Shown here in pieces: positions 39,395-48,906 of a stretch of 64,000 bases of DNA; position 1 is the first letter of the stretch; the number at the start of each line of letters is the position of its first letter. This DNA is from Deltaproteobacteria bacterium (lineage in GTDB: Bacteria > Myxococcota > Kuafuiibacteriia > Kuafuiibacteriales > Kuafuiibacteriaceae). Location of the stretch: NCBI GenBank assembly GCA_040218735.1, contig JAVJQW010000043.1, forward strand, positions 64,001 through 128,000. Reading direction: 5' to 3'. The notes below the pieces were generated by a model. It worked only from the letters and a program-made list of their open reading frames with translations. It was not told the DNA's origin and ran no database searches. The position numbers and the translations under genes were made by a program.

Positions 39395-40774
39395 ATGCAC
39401 ACATCTCAGTTTGCCCAACCCCGACCACCTCCACCGAAACGTCCGTGGGCCGCGATCGGTATCGTCTTCGTGCTCGTCGTCGTGCTCGCGAACTTGGTCG
39501 GCTACATGCTGTACCGAGACCGCGGTCGAAAACCTGCGACGGAGCCGGTGGCTGCCGTCGAGGCACCGCCCGTCGCGCCGACCAACGGCGAGCAGGACGT
39601 CTCGGTCACCGCGCTCGCCAAGGAGCAGAGGCGGGAGGGGGTCAAGGCGCTGCGCGCCGGAAACTACACGCGCGCGATCGCGAACTTCGAGGCGGCGCTG
39701 AAGCTGGACCCCGAGCTCGAAGACACACTGACGCTGAGGGAGGTCGCTCAGCGGCTCGAGAAGTCCGTGCCCGAGGACGAGGCCGCGGCGCCGGCGCCGC
39801 CCGCGCCACGGCCGACGGTCAACAGAACGACACGTCCGAAGCGGCGCGAGTCGCGCCGTGTTCGCGAACGGCAGGCGCCACCGCCGCCGGTCGTCGTCGC
39901 GAGGGCGGACGTCGAAGAGCCGGACCCCGAGCCGGAGCCCGAGCCCGTCGCGCCGCCTCCGCCGCCCCCTCCGCCTGCGCCGCCGCCGGCGGAGTCGTCG
40001 AGCTCCGAGTTGGAGTCGGACGAGCGTCTGAACCTGGTCGCGCTGGTCGACCGGAACGTCGTCGACGATACCGTCCCGCCGGAGACGCCCAAGCCGGCGC
40101 GCGTCGAGCCGGCGCCGGCAGGACGCGAGGAGGCCGTGCGTCCGAGCAGCGGCGGGTCGCCGCGCCTGGTGGTGTTCTGGCCGGGGCGCTCGAGCGCCGC
40201 GCTCGCCGGGACGCTCCGTCCGGCGATGTCGGGCGTCGAGGTCGTGGTCACGTCGGAGAAGGCGTCGCTCCGAGCGGCGCTGGAGGGCGGCGCGGACGGG
40301 CTGATGGCGTCGCCGTCCGTCCTGCGGACGTATGGGCTCTCGGGGGCGATGACCGGCGCGAGTGAGGATGGCGGGCGCTACGTGGTCGCGTCCCTCTCGA
40401 ACGCGCTCACCAACGACGCGCTGCGCGGGATGACCGTCGGCATCGTCGACGAGCTCGGTCGCAGGGGCATGAAGTCCCTCGTCGCGAAGCTCCTCGGGGG
40501 GACGTCGCCGCGCCTGCGTCGGGTGACGAAGGTGGAAGACCTCTTGCCGCTGCTGCAGTTCTCGATCGCCGGCGCGGTGATCGTGCGGCAGCGCGACCTC
40601 GAAGGTTTGCGGTCGCGGACGGAGCAGAAGCTCTACACCCGCGTGTTGTCCAACCACAGCGAGCCCCTCGTGGTCGGGTTCGTGGAGGGTGGGCGTCGGT
40701 CGGTCGTCGAGCGCGCCGTGCGATCGATGAGCCCGGCGGCGCGGTCGAGTCTAGGAGTCGAATCGTGGCGATGA
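39395..40774 (+). CDS. Membrane-anchored TPR + Pro-rich + probable periplasmic-binding-like domain protein
   Basis: GGAGG RBS, N-terminal TM, one TPR (GVKALRAGNYTRAIANFEAALKLDP), Pro-rich linker, alpha/beta C-domain. Confidence 0.7.
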   Translation: MHTSQFAQPRPPPPKRPWAAIGIVFVLVVVLANLVGYMLYRDRGRKPATEPVAAVEAPPVAPTNGEQDVSVTALAKEQRREGVKALRAGNYTRAIANFEAALKLDPELEDTLTLREVAQRLEKSVPEDEAAAPAPPAPRPTVNRTTRPKRRESRRVRERQAPPPPVVVARADVEEPDPEPEPEPVAPPPPPPPPAPPPAESSSSELESDERLNLVALVDRNVVDDTVPPETPKPARVEPAPAGREEAVRPSSGGSPRLVVFWPGRSSAALAGTLRPAMSGVEVVVTSEKASLRAALEGGADGLMASPSVLRTYGLSGAMTGASEDGGRYVVASLSNALTNDALRGMTVGIVDELGRRGMKSLVAKLLGGTSPRLRRVTKVEDLLPLLQFSIAGAVIVRQRDLEGLRSRTEQKLYTRVLSNHSEPLVVGFVEGGRRSVVERAVRSMSPAARSSLGVESWR

Positions 40775-41775
40775 CGAAGCGTCTTGCGTGGTTGATGGTG
40801 TGCTCGGGCCTGACGGCGTGCTCCGCGTCGTCGAAGCGGACGAGCGCCTTCGAGGATGTCGCGGTCGAGCCCCGCAGACCGAACCTCCCGGCGATCGTCG
40901 CGTTGATGCCGGACAGCCCTTCGGCGCGTGCGACGTACGACGGCATCGTCGAGGAGCTCGCGGAAGAGTACGACGTGCTCCCGCGGTTCATCGAAGAGGA
41001 CGCGCCGACGAGCGCCATCGCCGGGATCTTCGCCGCGGACCGCCCCTCCGCCGTCGTGTTGATGAACAACCCGACGGTTCGGCTCTACCGAAAGTTCCAG
41101 CGCGAGTCGTCGGCCGCCGAGCGAAGGGTGCCGGCCGTGGCGGTGTTGACCTCGTTCCTGCGGGAGTCGAGCGGTGGCATCGACAACCTCACCGGCATCG
41201 TCTACGAGGTCCCGCTCGTCACGAGCATGGTCAACCTGCGCGCGCTGCTCGACCAGCCCGTCAAGAAGGTCGGCGTGCTGCACCGGGCGTCGTTCGCTGC
41301 GTTCGTCGAGGAGCAGCGTCGGCTGTGCAAGGCGGAGGGGTTCGAGGTGGTCTCGCTGGAGGTGTCGGGCGACAACCGCGCGGAGATTCGCAACGGGCTC
41401 CGGCGGCTCCGCGAGGACAAGGCCGTCGACGCGATCTGGGTGCTGAACGACAACGTGCTGTTGGACCGCGACCTGTTGCTCCGCGGTTGGCTTCCGGGGC
41501 TCAGGGGGAACAAGACGCCCGTCGTCGTCAACGTGAGCACACTCGTCTCCGAGCGGGTGGACTTCGGGACCTTCGCGGTCGTCCCGGATCACCGGGCGCT
41601 GGGGACGCAGGCCGCGCAGATCCTCCTGGGCGTCGCGGAGTCGAATTGGCGGGTCCCGTCGGGGAGCTTCGAGTTTCCGCTCTCGGTTCAGAAGGTCCTC
41701 GACATCGGGTTCGCGCGAGAGAACCTGCGCGTCACGGAGCGTGAGCTCGCGACGATCGATCGGCTGGTGCAGTGA
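40771..41775 (+). CDS. ABC-type substrate-binding-like lipoprotein
   Basis: Lipobox LTAC. NLTGIVYEVP, VKKVGVL, VDAIWVLND and LGTQAA resemble COG2984-type binding proteins. Confidence 0.75.
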   Translation: MTKRLAWLMVCSGLTACSASSKRTSAFEDVAVEPRRPNLPAIVALMPDSPSARATYDGIVEELAEEYDVLPRFIEEDAPTSAIAGIFAADRPSAVVLMNNPTVRLYRKFQRESSAAERRVPAVAVLTSFLRESSGGIDNLTGIVYEVPLVTSMVNLRALLDQPVKKVGVLHRASFAAFVEEQRRLCKAEGFEVVSLEVSGDNRAEIRNGLRRLREDKAVDAIWVLNDNVLLDRDLLLRGWLPGLRGNKTPVVVNVSTLVSERVDFGTFAVVPDHRALGTQAAQILLGVAESNWRVPSGSFEFPLSVQKVLDIGFARENLRVTERELATIDRLVQ

Positions 41776-43832
41776 TGAGATTCGGGATCGTGTTTGCGTT
41801 CCTCTTGCTGGCCGAGGTGGCGATCGCGCAGCCGGCGGCGCCGATCGACGAGAGCCAATTCGAACAGCTGAACCTGGATCGCCTCCTCCAGATGGAGGTC
41901 TCCGTCGCGTCGCTCCGTTCGACGACGCTCCGGGAGTCACCGGGCATCGTGACGGTGATCAGCCGCGACGAGATCATCAGCTCGGGCGCGCGCGACCTCG
42001 TCGACGTGTTGATGATGGTGCCGGGGCTGTTCTTCGCGGTCGACGTGCAGGGCGTCGTGGGGATCGGCATCCGCGGCCAGTGGGCGCACGAGGGCAAGCT
42101 GCTGCTGATCGTCGACGACCAAGAGATGAACGAGCTGGGTTACCAGACGCTCGCCTTCGGGCATCACTATCCGGTCGAGGCGATCGAACGGATCGAGATC
42201 ATCCGTGGCCCGGGCTCCGCCATCTACGGCGGGAACGCGGAGCTCGGCGTCATCAAGGTCACCACGCGGCGCGGCGACACGCTGCGCGGGGCGCGCGCGG
42301 CGGCGCGGTACGCGACGCCCCGACGCTTCTACGCGAGCGACGGTGACAAGCTCGGGCTCGCGGACGTCACGGTCGAGGTCGGCGACGGTGACGACGACTT
42401 CGAGTGGTCCGTCTCGGGCCTCCTCGGTCGGAGCACGCGGAGCGACGCGCTGTACACGGCGATCGACGGCACCGAGCTGCAGCTCGGCGGCATCTCTCAG
42501 ATTCGCCCCGGTTTCCTCAGCGCCGGCGTTCGTTTCAAGCGAACGAGCGCGAGGCTCATCATCGATCGGTACGGACTCGACAGCCGGGACGCGTTCGACG
42601 CGCCGTCGGAGCTTACGCACCCGTATCGTCACGCCGGGCTCTACGCGGAGGTGAAGTCGGCGTTGGAGCTCGCGCCCGGGTTCACGCTGACACCGCGCCT
42701 TACGTACAAGCAGCAGCAACCGTGGTTCACGCCCGCCACGAACGACGAAGGGCTCGCGGACCAGCTCGACTACTTCCTGTTCCTCCGCCAGACGTACCAC
42801 CGCTACCTGGCGGGCGCGACGGTGAGCTGGGACGCGTTCGACACGGCGAACCTCGTGTTCGGCGTGGAGGCGTTCTACGACTACGCGGTCGCGAACGCCG
42901 TCGACGATCCGGACGCCTTCCAGGAGAACCTCTTCGTCGACGACGACGGCAACGACGTCAGCCGCCTCGACTTCTTCACGACGGCGTTCTTCGGACAGCT
43001 CCTGTGGCCGACGCCCTACGTGAACATCACGGCGGGTGCGCGCATGGAGATCCACGACAAGTTCGGGTTCGCCGCGGTCCCGCGGCTGGCACTGACGCGT
43101 GTGTTCGACTTCGGCCTGCACGCGAAGCTGCTCGCGGCGCAGGCGTTCCGGACGCCTTCGTTCCAGAACACGAGCCTCGAGACCGCGATCGATCCCGACA
43201 ACGTGATCGGGCGCGAGCGGACGTCGGTGCTCGAAGCGGAGGTCGGGTACCAGTTCCCGTTCGGGATGCGCGTCACCGCGAATGGCTTCTACACGCGCAT
43301 CGACGATCCGCTGATCTACGTCTACGACGAAGACCTCGACGAGGAGTCGTACTTCAACCGTGGGACGAGCGCGACGATCGGTGCGGAGCTCGAGGTTCGC
43401 CAGCGGCTCGACAACCTCAACGCGATGCTCACGTACTCGCACTACAGCAGCGCGGGGACGCCGATCGAGGACTACGACGTCGAGCCCGGGAACGCGCTAC
43501 TCGGAGCGCCGCGGCACAAGATCACCGCGCGCGTGGCGTACGAGCCGATCCGCGACCTGTTCATCACGCCGTCGCTGTGGTGGCTCATCGATCGGTACGC
43601 GGTGGTGAACGAGGACGAGGACGATCCGGTGAAGCTGTCGAGTGAGCTGGTCATCGGGCTGGCGGTGACGGCGCGGAACCTCGGCGTGGAGGGCTTGGAC
43701 CTGACGCTCGCGGGACACGACCTGCTCGACACGGTGGCCCAGTACCCGCAGCCCTACCGGGGTTATCACTCGCCGCTGCCGGGGCAGGGGCGCCAGTTCA
43801 TGCTGCGCCTCGCGTACGAGTACGGTCGCTGA
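41772..43832 (+). CDS. TonB-dependent receptor
   Basis: Plug motifs ESPGIVTVISRDEI and IERIEIIRGPGSAIYG, beta-barrel C-terminus GRQFMLRLAYEY. Confidence 0.92.
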   Translation: MMRFGIVFAFLLLAEVAIAQPAAPIDESQFEQLNLDRLLQMEVSVASLRSTTLRESPGIVTVISRDEIISSGARDLVDVLMMVPGLFFAVDVQGVVGIGIRGQWAHEGKLLLIVDDQEMNELGYQTLAFGHHYPVEAIERIEIIRGPGSAIYGGNAELGVIKVTTRRGDTLRGARAAARYATPRRFYASDGDKLGLADVTVEVGDGDDDFEWSVSGLLGRSTRSDALYTAIDGTELQLGGISQIRPGFLSAGVRFKRTSARLIIDRYGLDSRDAFDAPSELTHPYRHAGLYAEVKSALELAPGFTLTPRLTYKQQQPWFTPATNDEGLADQLDYFLFLRQTYHRYLAGATVSWDAFDTANLVFGVEAFYDYAVANAVDDPDAFQENLFVDDDGNDVSRLDFFTTAFFGQLLWPTPYVNITAGARMEIHDKFGFAAVPRLALTRVFDFGLHAKLLAAQAFRTPSFQNTSLETAIDPDNVIGRERTSVLEAEVGYQFPFGMRVTANGFYTRIDDPLIYVYDEDLDEESYFNRGTSATIGAELEVRQRLDNLNAMLTYSHYSSAGTPIEDYDVEPGNALLGAPRHKITARVAYEPIRDLFITPSLWWLIDRYAVVNEDEDDPVKLSSELVIGLAVTARNLGVEGLDLTLAGHDLLDTVAQYPQPYRGYHSPLPGQGRQFMLRLAYEYGR

Positions 43833-43835
43833 GCT

Positions 43836-44234
43836 TCAGTCGGCGCTCGCGATCATCACGTCGGGGCGCTCGGGGACCATCATCACGGACAGCGTGATCT
43901 TGTCGTCGCCGGTGCGGTACTTCAGCGCGACGGGGTTGCCGAGGCACTCGGCGATGTCGGCGCGCGCGGTGCAAGTCCAGCGGACGACTTCGTTCGAGCC
44001 GGAGACGGAGCGGGCGACGAGGATCGCGTCGGCGCCTTCGGGGAGCGCGGCGGAGGGCGCGCTGAAGACGGCGCTGGCCTTCTTGCCGGTGCGGACGCGC
44101 TCGATGACGTGGGCCTCGTGGTAGCGGTCGGCGGCGACGGCGGTGGTCTTGGCGTCGTCGGCGAGGGCGACGTTGGCGGAGAGGACAGCGGCGGTGAGGG
44201 TGGCGAGGGCGGTCAGCGTCTGGTTCGTGTTCAT
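43836..44234 (-). CDS. Small secreted protein, copy A
   Basis: 132 aa, signal peptide ending VALA, two Cys, about 92% identical to 45036-45434. Confidence 0.8.
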   Translation of the reverse strand: MNTNQTLTALATLTAAVLSANVALADDAKTTAVAADRYHEAHVIERVRTGKKASAVFSAPSAALPEGADAILVARSVSGSNEVVRWTCTARADIAECLGNPVALKYRTGDDKITLSVMMVPERPDVMIASAD

Positions 44235-44246
44235 GCCCTCTTGCAA

Positions 44247-44263
44247 AGCAACGGGCGGGCCAA
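44247..44263 (-). promoter_or_regulatory. Sigma54 (-24/-12) promoter of copy A
   Basis: Minus strand TTGGCCCG-CCCG-TTGCT matches TGGCACG-N4-TTGCW with one mismatch and correct GG-N10-GC spacing. Confidence 0.75.
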
Positions 44264-44300
44264 CTTCTGCGGACGTGGTTTCGGGGGGTTAGGGGCCGCG

Positions 44301-44323
44301 TGTCACCGCGGAGGGCTGTGACA
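44301..44323. promoter_or_regulatory. Palindromic enhancer-like site of copy A
   Basis: TGTCAC-N11-GTGACA upstream of the sigma54 promoter. Confidence 0.6.
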
Positions 44324-44361
44324 GGCTTCCGCGCGGCACCGCGACCGCTGAGACACACACG

Positions 44362-44841
44362 TCAGGAGGCGGCGCGGGGGGCGAGGGGGTGGTCGAGGCC
44401 GGCCTTTTCGCGGAGGTCGTGGCACTCGTTGCAGCGGCAGTAGCGCATGACGTCGTCGGGGTGGATGCCCATCTCGCCCTTCCGCGCGAGGGTGATCGCG
44501 CGCTTGTACTCCTTGCAGCGGCGCGGCTCGGGCGGCTTGAGCGCGTCGATCTCCTGGGCGAGGCGCTTCATGGCGTTCTTCACCGAGCGCTCCGGCGCGG
44601 GCTCGAAGGCGCCGAGCACGGCGTCGATCTGCTCGAGCGCCTTCTCCGCCTTCTTGAGCAGCACGCGGATCTGCTTCGCTTCGTCCTCGCTGCGCTTGGG
44701 TTTGTCGCGCTCGAACCGCGTCGGCTCGGCGGGCGCTTCGGCCGCGGGCGCCGCGGATCCCTCGGGATCCTTCGCGGCCGCTTCGACCTTCGGCGCGGCG
44801 GGCGCCTTCTTCGACTTGGACTTCTTCTTGGACGTAGCCAT
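44362..44841 (-). CDS. Hypothetical protein with Lys-rich N-terminus and C-terminal Cys cluster
   Basis: MATSKKKSKSKK start, coiled-coil-like middle, C...H...CRCNEC. Host-like codon usage. Confidence 0.7.
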   Translation of the reverse strand: MATSKKKSKSKKAPAAPKVEAAAKDPEGSAAPAAEAPAEPTRFERDKPKRSEDEAKQIRVLLKKAEKALEQIDAVLGAFEPAPERSVKNAMKRLAQEIDALKPPEPRRCKEYKRAITLARKGEMGIHPDDVMRYCRCNECHDLREKAGLDHPLAPRAAS

Positions 44842-45035
44842 GGCGTCGCGCACGTTCGAACACGGGCGCGACGCCCGCGTAAAGGAGTACCTTCGTGGGA
44901 GGCGAGCCGTACGTGCCGACCTGGTCGACCACCTGCTCAGCGTTCTCGGTCTCCCGTGCCTCGCGCGTAGCGGCGGTGCGCGCCTCGGCGGAGCTGCGGT
45001 CGCGACCGCGTCACGGATGCGCTCTAGAGCGACCG

Positions 45036-45434
45036 TCACTCCGCGCTCGCGAGCATCACGTCGGGGCGCTCGGGCACCATCACCACGGACAGCGTGATCT
45101 TGTCGTCGCCGCTTCGGTACTTCAGCGCGACGGGCGTGCCCAGGCACTCGGCGATGTCGGCGCGCGCGGTGCAAGTCCAGCGGACGACTTCGTTGGAGCC
45201 GGAGACGGAGCGGGCGACGAGGAGGGCGTCGGCGCCCTCGGGGAGCGCGGCGGACGGGGCGCTGAAGACGGCGCTCTCCTTGGTGCCGGTGCGGACGCGC
45301 TCGATGACGTGGGCCTCGTGGTAGCGCTCGGCGCGGACGGCGGTGGTCTTGGCGTCGTCGGCGAGGGCGACGTTGGCGGAGAGGACAGCGGCGGTCAGGG
45401 TGGCGAGGGCGGTCAGCGTCTTGTTCGTGTTCAT
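45036..45434 (-). CDS. Small secreted protein, copy B
   Basis: 132 aa, GGAGG RBS, paralog of copy A. Confidence 0.8.
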   Translation of the reverse strand: MNTNKTLTALATLTAAVLSANVALADDAKTTAVRAERYHEAHVIERVRTGTKESAVFSAPSAALPEGADALLVARSVSGSNEVVRWTCTARADIAECLGTPVALKYRSGDDKITLSVVMVPERPDVMLASAE

Positions 45435-45446
45435 GCCTCCCTACAA

Positions 45447-45463
45447 AGCAACGGGCGGGCCAA
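45447..45463 (-). promoter_or_regulatory. Sigma54 (-24/-12) promoter of copy B
   Basis: Same TTGGCCCG-CCCG-TTGCT element as in copy A. Confidence 0.75.
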
Positions 45464-45495
45464 CTTCGGCCGACGTGGTTTCGGGGGTTTAGGCG

Positions 45496-45526
45496 CGCGT
45501 GTCACTGCGGACGGCTGTGACACGCG
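45496..45526. promoter_or_regulatory. Palindromic enhancer-like site of copy B
   Basis: Perfect 10-bp inverted repeat CGCGTGTCAC-N11-GTGACACGCG. Confidence 0.65.
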
Positions 45527-45590
45527 GTCTCGCGAGGAGCACAGGGGCACCCAGACACCCCCGTCGGGATCGTGCCATAACCTTGATGTC

Positions 45591-46697
45591 TTGAAACGGC
45601 TGCTCGTCGCGATCGTCGCAACCGCTCCCATGGCGTTCGTCGCCGACGCGTCGGCGCACTTCAGCCGCTTCCTGGTCGCCGGGAACGTCGTCGTCGCCCG
45701 AGTGGTCGACGTGCCCGCCGAGCCGGGCACGCAACAACATCCACCGCAGGTCACGATCGAGATCGAGGAGGTCCTGCGCGGTGACTTGGAGCTCGGTCGC
45801 GTTGTCGTCACGTGGGGCCCGAACCGGCGCGGCTCGATGTGTGGCAGCGGCCCTCGCGGGGAGCGCGATCGCTTCGGTTCGTGCGCGCTTCAGCTACCTC
45901 GGGTGGGCTGGAGGATGATCCTCGGCGTGAATCATCGCGAAGGTCAGCTCCAGGTCGCTCCTGAGCCGCGCTTCGGGTTCAGCGACAAGGCCCGCGCCCT
46001 CTTCGTCGAAGAGATCGAGCGGCAGGCGGGCATCGAGCGTCAGCAGGCCAAGCGACTGGCCGAAGGACGCGCGAGCTGGGCCGAACAGGCGGAGCGTATC
46101 GACATCGAGCCGCTGCTTCGGGACAACGACGTCGACGTCGTCGTCCTCGGTCGATTCACACCACACGCGAGTAGCCCACGGTCGGCGAGGTTCGAGGTGG
46201 TTCGGCCTCTGCTCGGGGCGTACGACGGCGACGACGCCGATGGCCTGAGTTTCCGCGACGGGTACTTCGATGGCACGCCGGGGCGTGAGTACATACTCCT
46301 CCTGCGGGCGGACCGGACGTCCTTTGGAGGCCGCTACCAAACGCAGTACGTCCCCGCGGTTCCCTTCACCCACTTCGCCCTGCCGGCCACGTCTGCGAAC
46401 CTCGCGGCGGTCTCGATCTCGGCGGCCCCGCCGCGCGAGGACCTGTGTGCGACTCGCGACGCTTTCTCGCGCCACAGTGTCGGCTCCAGCGTTCGCCGTT
46501 CGGCGAGCGGTGACACCCGGCAGTATTCGCCGTGGGAGCTCGACGGAGCTCAGATCGTGGACATCGTGCCGATCGATACGTCCGCGAGCACGATGTACCA
46601 AGTGCGCTACACAAACGGCGCGGTCCGCATGATTGCGAGTCGGCCGCCGAGTGAGATCCTCGAGCGCCTTCGGTCCAAGAGGACTGGACGTCGGTAG
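45591..46697 (+). CDS. Secreted hypothetical protein
   Basis: TTG start LKRLLVAIVATAPMAFVADASA (signal-like). Two internally similar beta-rich segments. Start estimated. Confidence 0.55.
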   Translation: MKRLLVAIVATAPMAFVADASAHFSRFLVAGNVVVARVVDVPAEPGTQQHPPQVTIEIEEVLRGDLELGRVVVTWGPNRRGSMCGSGPRGERDRFGSCALQLPRVGWRMILGVNHREGQLQVAPEPRFGFSDKARALFVEEIERQAGIERQQAKRLAEGRASWAEQAERIDIEPLLRDNDVDVVVLGRFTPHASSPRSARFEVVRPLLGAYDGDDADGLSFRDGYFDGTPGREYILLLRADRTSFGGRYQTQYVPAVPFTHFALPATSANLAAVSISAAPPREDLCATRDAFSRHSVGSSVRRSASGDTRQYSPWELDGAQIVDIVPIDTSASTMYQVRYTNGAVRMIASRPPSEILERLRSKRTGRR

Positions 46698-46724
46698 TAA
46701 GAAGCGCGACGGCCTGCGGCGCGC

Positions 46725-48773
46725 TCACTTCTTCTTCAGCTTCTTGCTCATCTCGTACTGCGCGCCCGGCTCCGGCTCGAACGAGATCGTCTTTCGGTAG
46801 CCGCGCTTGAAGATGCGCACCGTGTTCTTCTTCTCGTCGAGCTTCAGCCCGCGCACCGGTACGCGGCGCTTCAGAAGGCGCCCGTTCACGCGCACGCGGG
46901 CGCCGCGCGGGTAGGTGACGTCGAGCGTCGCGGGCAAGGGGGCCGGCGGGGGCTCCTCGACGACCGGGGGCTCCTCTTCGACCGGCGGCGGCGCCTCGAC
47001 CTCCTCCGCGGGTGGCGGCGCGAGCTCCACCGGTGCGGCCTCGACCGGCTTCGGCGGATTCGCTTCGGTGGATTCCACTCGAGCGATCGCCTCGGGCGCA
47101 TCCTCCGGCTCCTCCGGTATCAGCGCCTGTGCCCCCAGCGTCAGCAACACGCCGAGCGCCAGGCCACCCACGAACACCAGCGCCGTCTTCCCTCCGCGCG
47201 AGCGCAGGTCCGGGAGCGGCTCGTCCGGCACCGACAGCGCCGACAGATCCAACGACGCCGCCGACGTCGACGGCGCCATCGGAGGCACCGACGGCGCACG
47301 GTCCGGCGCCTTCAACGCTTCGGCCGACTGTCGCGCCTGCAGCCACGCCAGCACCGACAACGCCTCGTCCACCGACTCGTTCGGCCCCTGGATCTCGGAC
47401 ATCGGCGCGTCGACCGGCTGCCCCTTCACGATCTGCGTGGGTCCCGCGCCCTGCGCCGACGCTGCGGCCAACGCGAGCGCCTCCGCGGAGGGCACCGACG
47501 GGTCGTCCGTCGGCTCGGGGATGGGCGGCGGCTGCACCTGACCGACCCCCTCCTTACGCGCGCGACGCATCACGTCCGACTCGTGACGCGGCCGCTCGCG
47601 GATCAGCTCCGTCCCCAGGAACCGCTGCTCCGACAGCTCGCTCTCGTACGGCTTCGCGGGCGGCGGCGCCTCCGGCGGGGCGGGCGACGCGGGCTGGTAC
47701 CCGTGCACCGTCGCCACCTCCGACTCGGTCTTCTCCGGCACACCACCCGGCGACGCGATCCCCGCCGGCGCCGCCTCGTAGCGCGCGAGCGGATCCTCCG
47801 CGTCGGCGAACAGCTGCGAGACGTACGCGCCGACCTGCGCTCGGTCTGCGCGCCCGCCCGGGAGCAGACGCATCGCGGCTTCGAGCTGCTCGTGGAACTC
47901 CGACGCGCTCTGGATTCGATCCGGCGGCTTCGACTCCAGCGCGCGATCCAGCGTCTGCACCAAGAGCGGCGCGCGGAAGTCGAGGACCTCCTCCAGGCTG
48001 TCGCGGTTACCGTTCACGATCGCATAGAGCGTCTTCGGCACCGACGCCCGATCGAACGTCGGCTTGCCGGTGAGCATCTCGCAGATCACCGACGCCGCGG
48101 AGAAGACGTCGGAGCGCGGCGTCGCGGCCTCGCCGAGGATCTGCTCGGGCGACAGGTACCGCGCCTTGCCCTTCACGATGCCGACCGTCGTCGACACCGC
48201 CGACATCTGCGACTTCGCGATCCCGAAGTCCGTGAGCTTCACGTCCCCGTCGAACGACACCAGCACGTTCCCGGGCGTCACGTCGCGGTGCACGAGGTTG
48301 AGCGGCGTCCCGTCCTCGAGCTGGAACGCGTGCGCGTACGCGAGCCCCTCCAGGACGTCCGCCATGATCTGCAGGACGACCGCCGCCGGCATCTGCGTCC
48401 CCAGCTCCTCGTTGCGCGCGAGGATCTGCTGCACGTTCCGGCCGCGGACGTATTCCATGGCGAGGCACGGCGCCCCGTCGATCACCGGCATGTCGAAGAC
48501 CCGCACGATGTTCGCGTGGTCCAGCTTCGACATCACCGCGGCTTCGGAGTGGAACATCGAGACGTACTTCTCGTCGTCGAGGAGGTCCGCGAGGAGCCGC
48601 TTGAGCACCACGTAGGCGGAGTCCTGCCCCGGCGCGGTCATCTCCGCGAGGAACAGCTCGCCCATCCCCCCGCGGTCGATCGGTGCCAGGAGGCGGTACC
48701 GCCGGCCCTCGTCGCCGCGCCCCAGGGCGCCCACGCTCAGGCTCTTGCGGGGCAGCAGGACCTGGTCGTCCAT
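46725..48773 (-). CDS. Hanks-type Ser/Thr kinase with TM and PEGA-like C-terminal domain
   Basis: RGGMGELF, VLKRL, HRDVTPGN, DFG, YLSPEQ, TM, Pro-rich stalk, YPRGARVRVNG. Start is 48773 or 48824. Confidence 0.92.
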   Translation of the reverse strand: MDDQVLLPRKSLSVGALGRGDEGRRYRLLAPIDRGGMGELFLAEMTAPGQDSAYVVLKRLLADLLDDEKYVSMFHSEAAVMSKLDHANIVRVFDMPVIDGAPCLAMEYVRGRNVQQILARNEELGTQMPAAVVLQIMADVLEGLAYAHAFQLEDGTPLNLVHRDVTPGNVLVSFDGDVKLTDFGIAKSQMSAVSTTVGIVKGKARYLSPEQILGEAATPRSDVFSAASVICEMLTGKPTFDRASVPKTLYAIVNGNRDSLEEVLDFRAPLLVQTLDRALESKPPDRIQSASEFHEQLEAAMRLLPGGRADRAQVGAYVSQLFADAEDPLARYEAAPAGIASPGGVPEKTESEVATVHGYQPASPAPPEAPPPAKPYESELSEQRFLGTELIRERPRHESDVMRRARKEGVGQVQPPPIPEPTDDPSVPSAEALALAAASAQGAGPTQIVKGQPVDAPMSEIQGPNESVDEALSVLAWLQARQSAEALKAPDRAPSVPPMAPSTSAASLDLSALSVPDEPLPDLRSRGGKTALVFVGGLALGVLLTLGAQALIPEEPEDAPEAIARVESTEANPPKPVEAAPVELAPPPAEEVEAPPPVEEEPPVVEEPPPAPLPATLDVTYPRGARVRVNGRLLKRRVPVRGLKLDEKKNTVRIFKRGYRKTISFEPEPGAQYEMSKKLKKK

Positions 48774-48906
48774 CAGGCTGCTGGGCGCCACGCCCAGGTC
48801 CCCGCTCGATGGTCCCGCCGACATCTGCGCCAATCCTATAGGGAGTGGACCGGCTCGGCGACAATCGGTCTTGCGTCGGCGCGGCGCTGCGTGGCTTGCT
48901 CGATGT

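Larger units (their letters stand above)
43836..45523. repeat. Direct repeat of about 490 bp (43836-44323 and 45036-45523)
   Basis: Near-identical sequence at a 1200-bp offset, covering the gene and about 90 bp of upstream DNA. Confidence 0.92.

Noticed and set aside
38224-40774. Kinase and downstream TPR protein as one frameshifted gene
   Set aside because: Each has its own TM segment and the second has a GGAGG RBS and ATG, so two genes fit better.
43836-45526. Direct repeats as IS ends or a composite transposon
   Set aside because: The repeated unit encodes a signal-peptide protein. No transposase, terminal inverted repeats or target-site duplication were seen.
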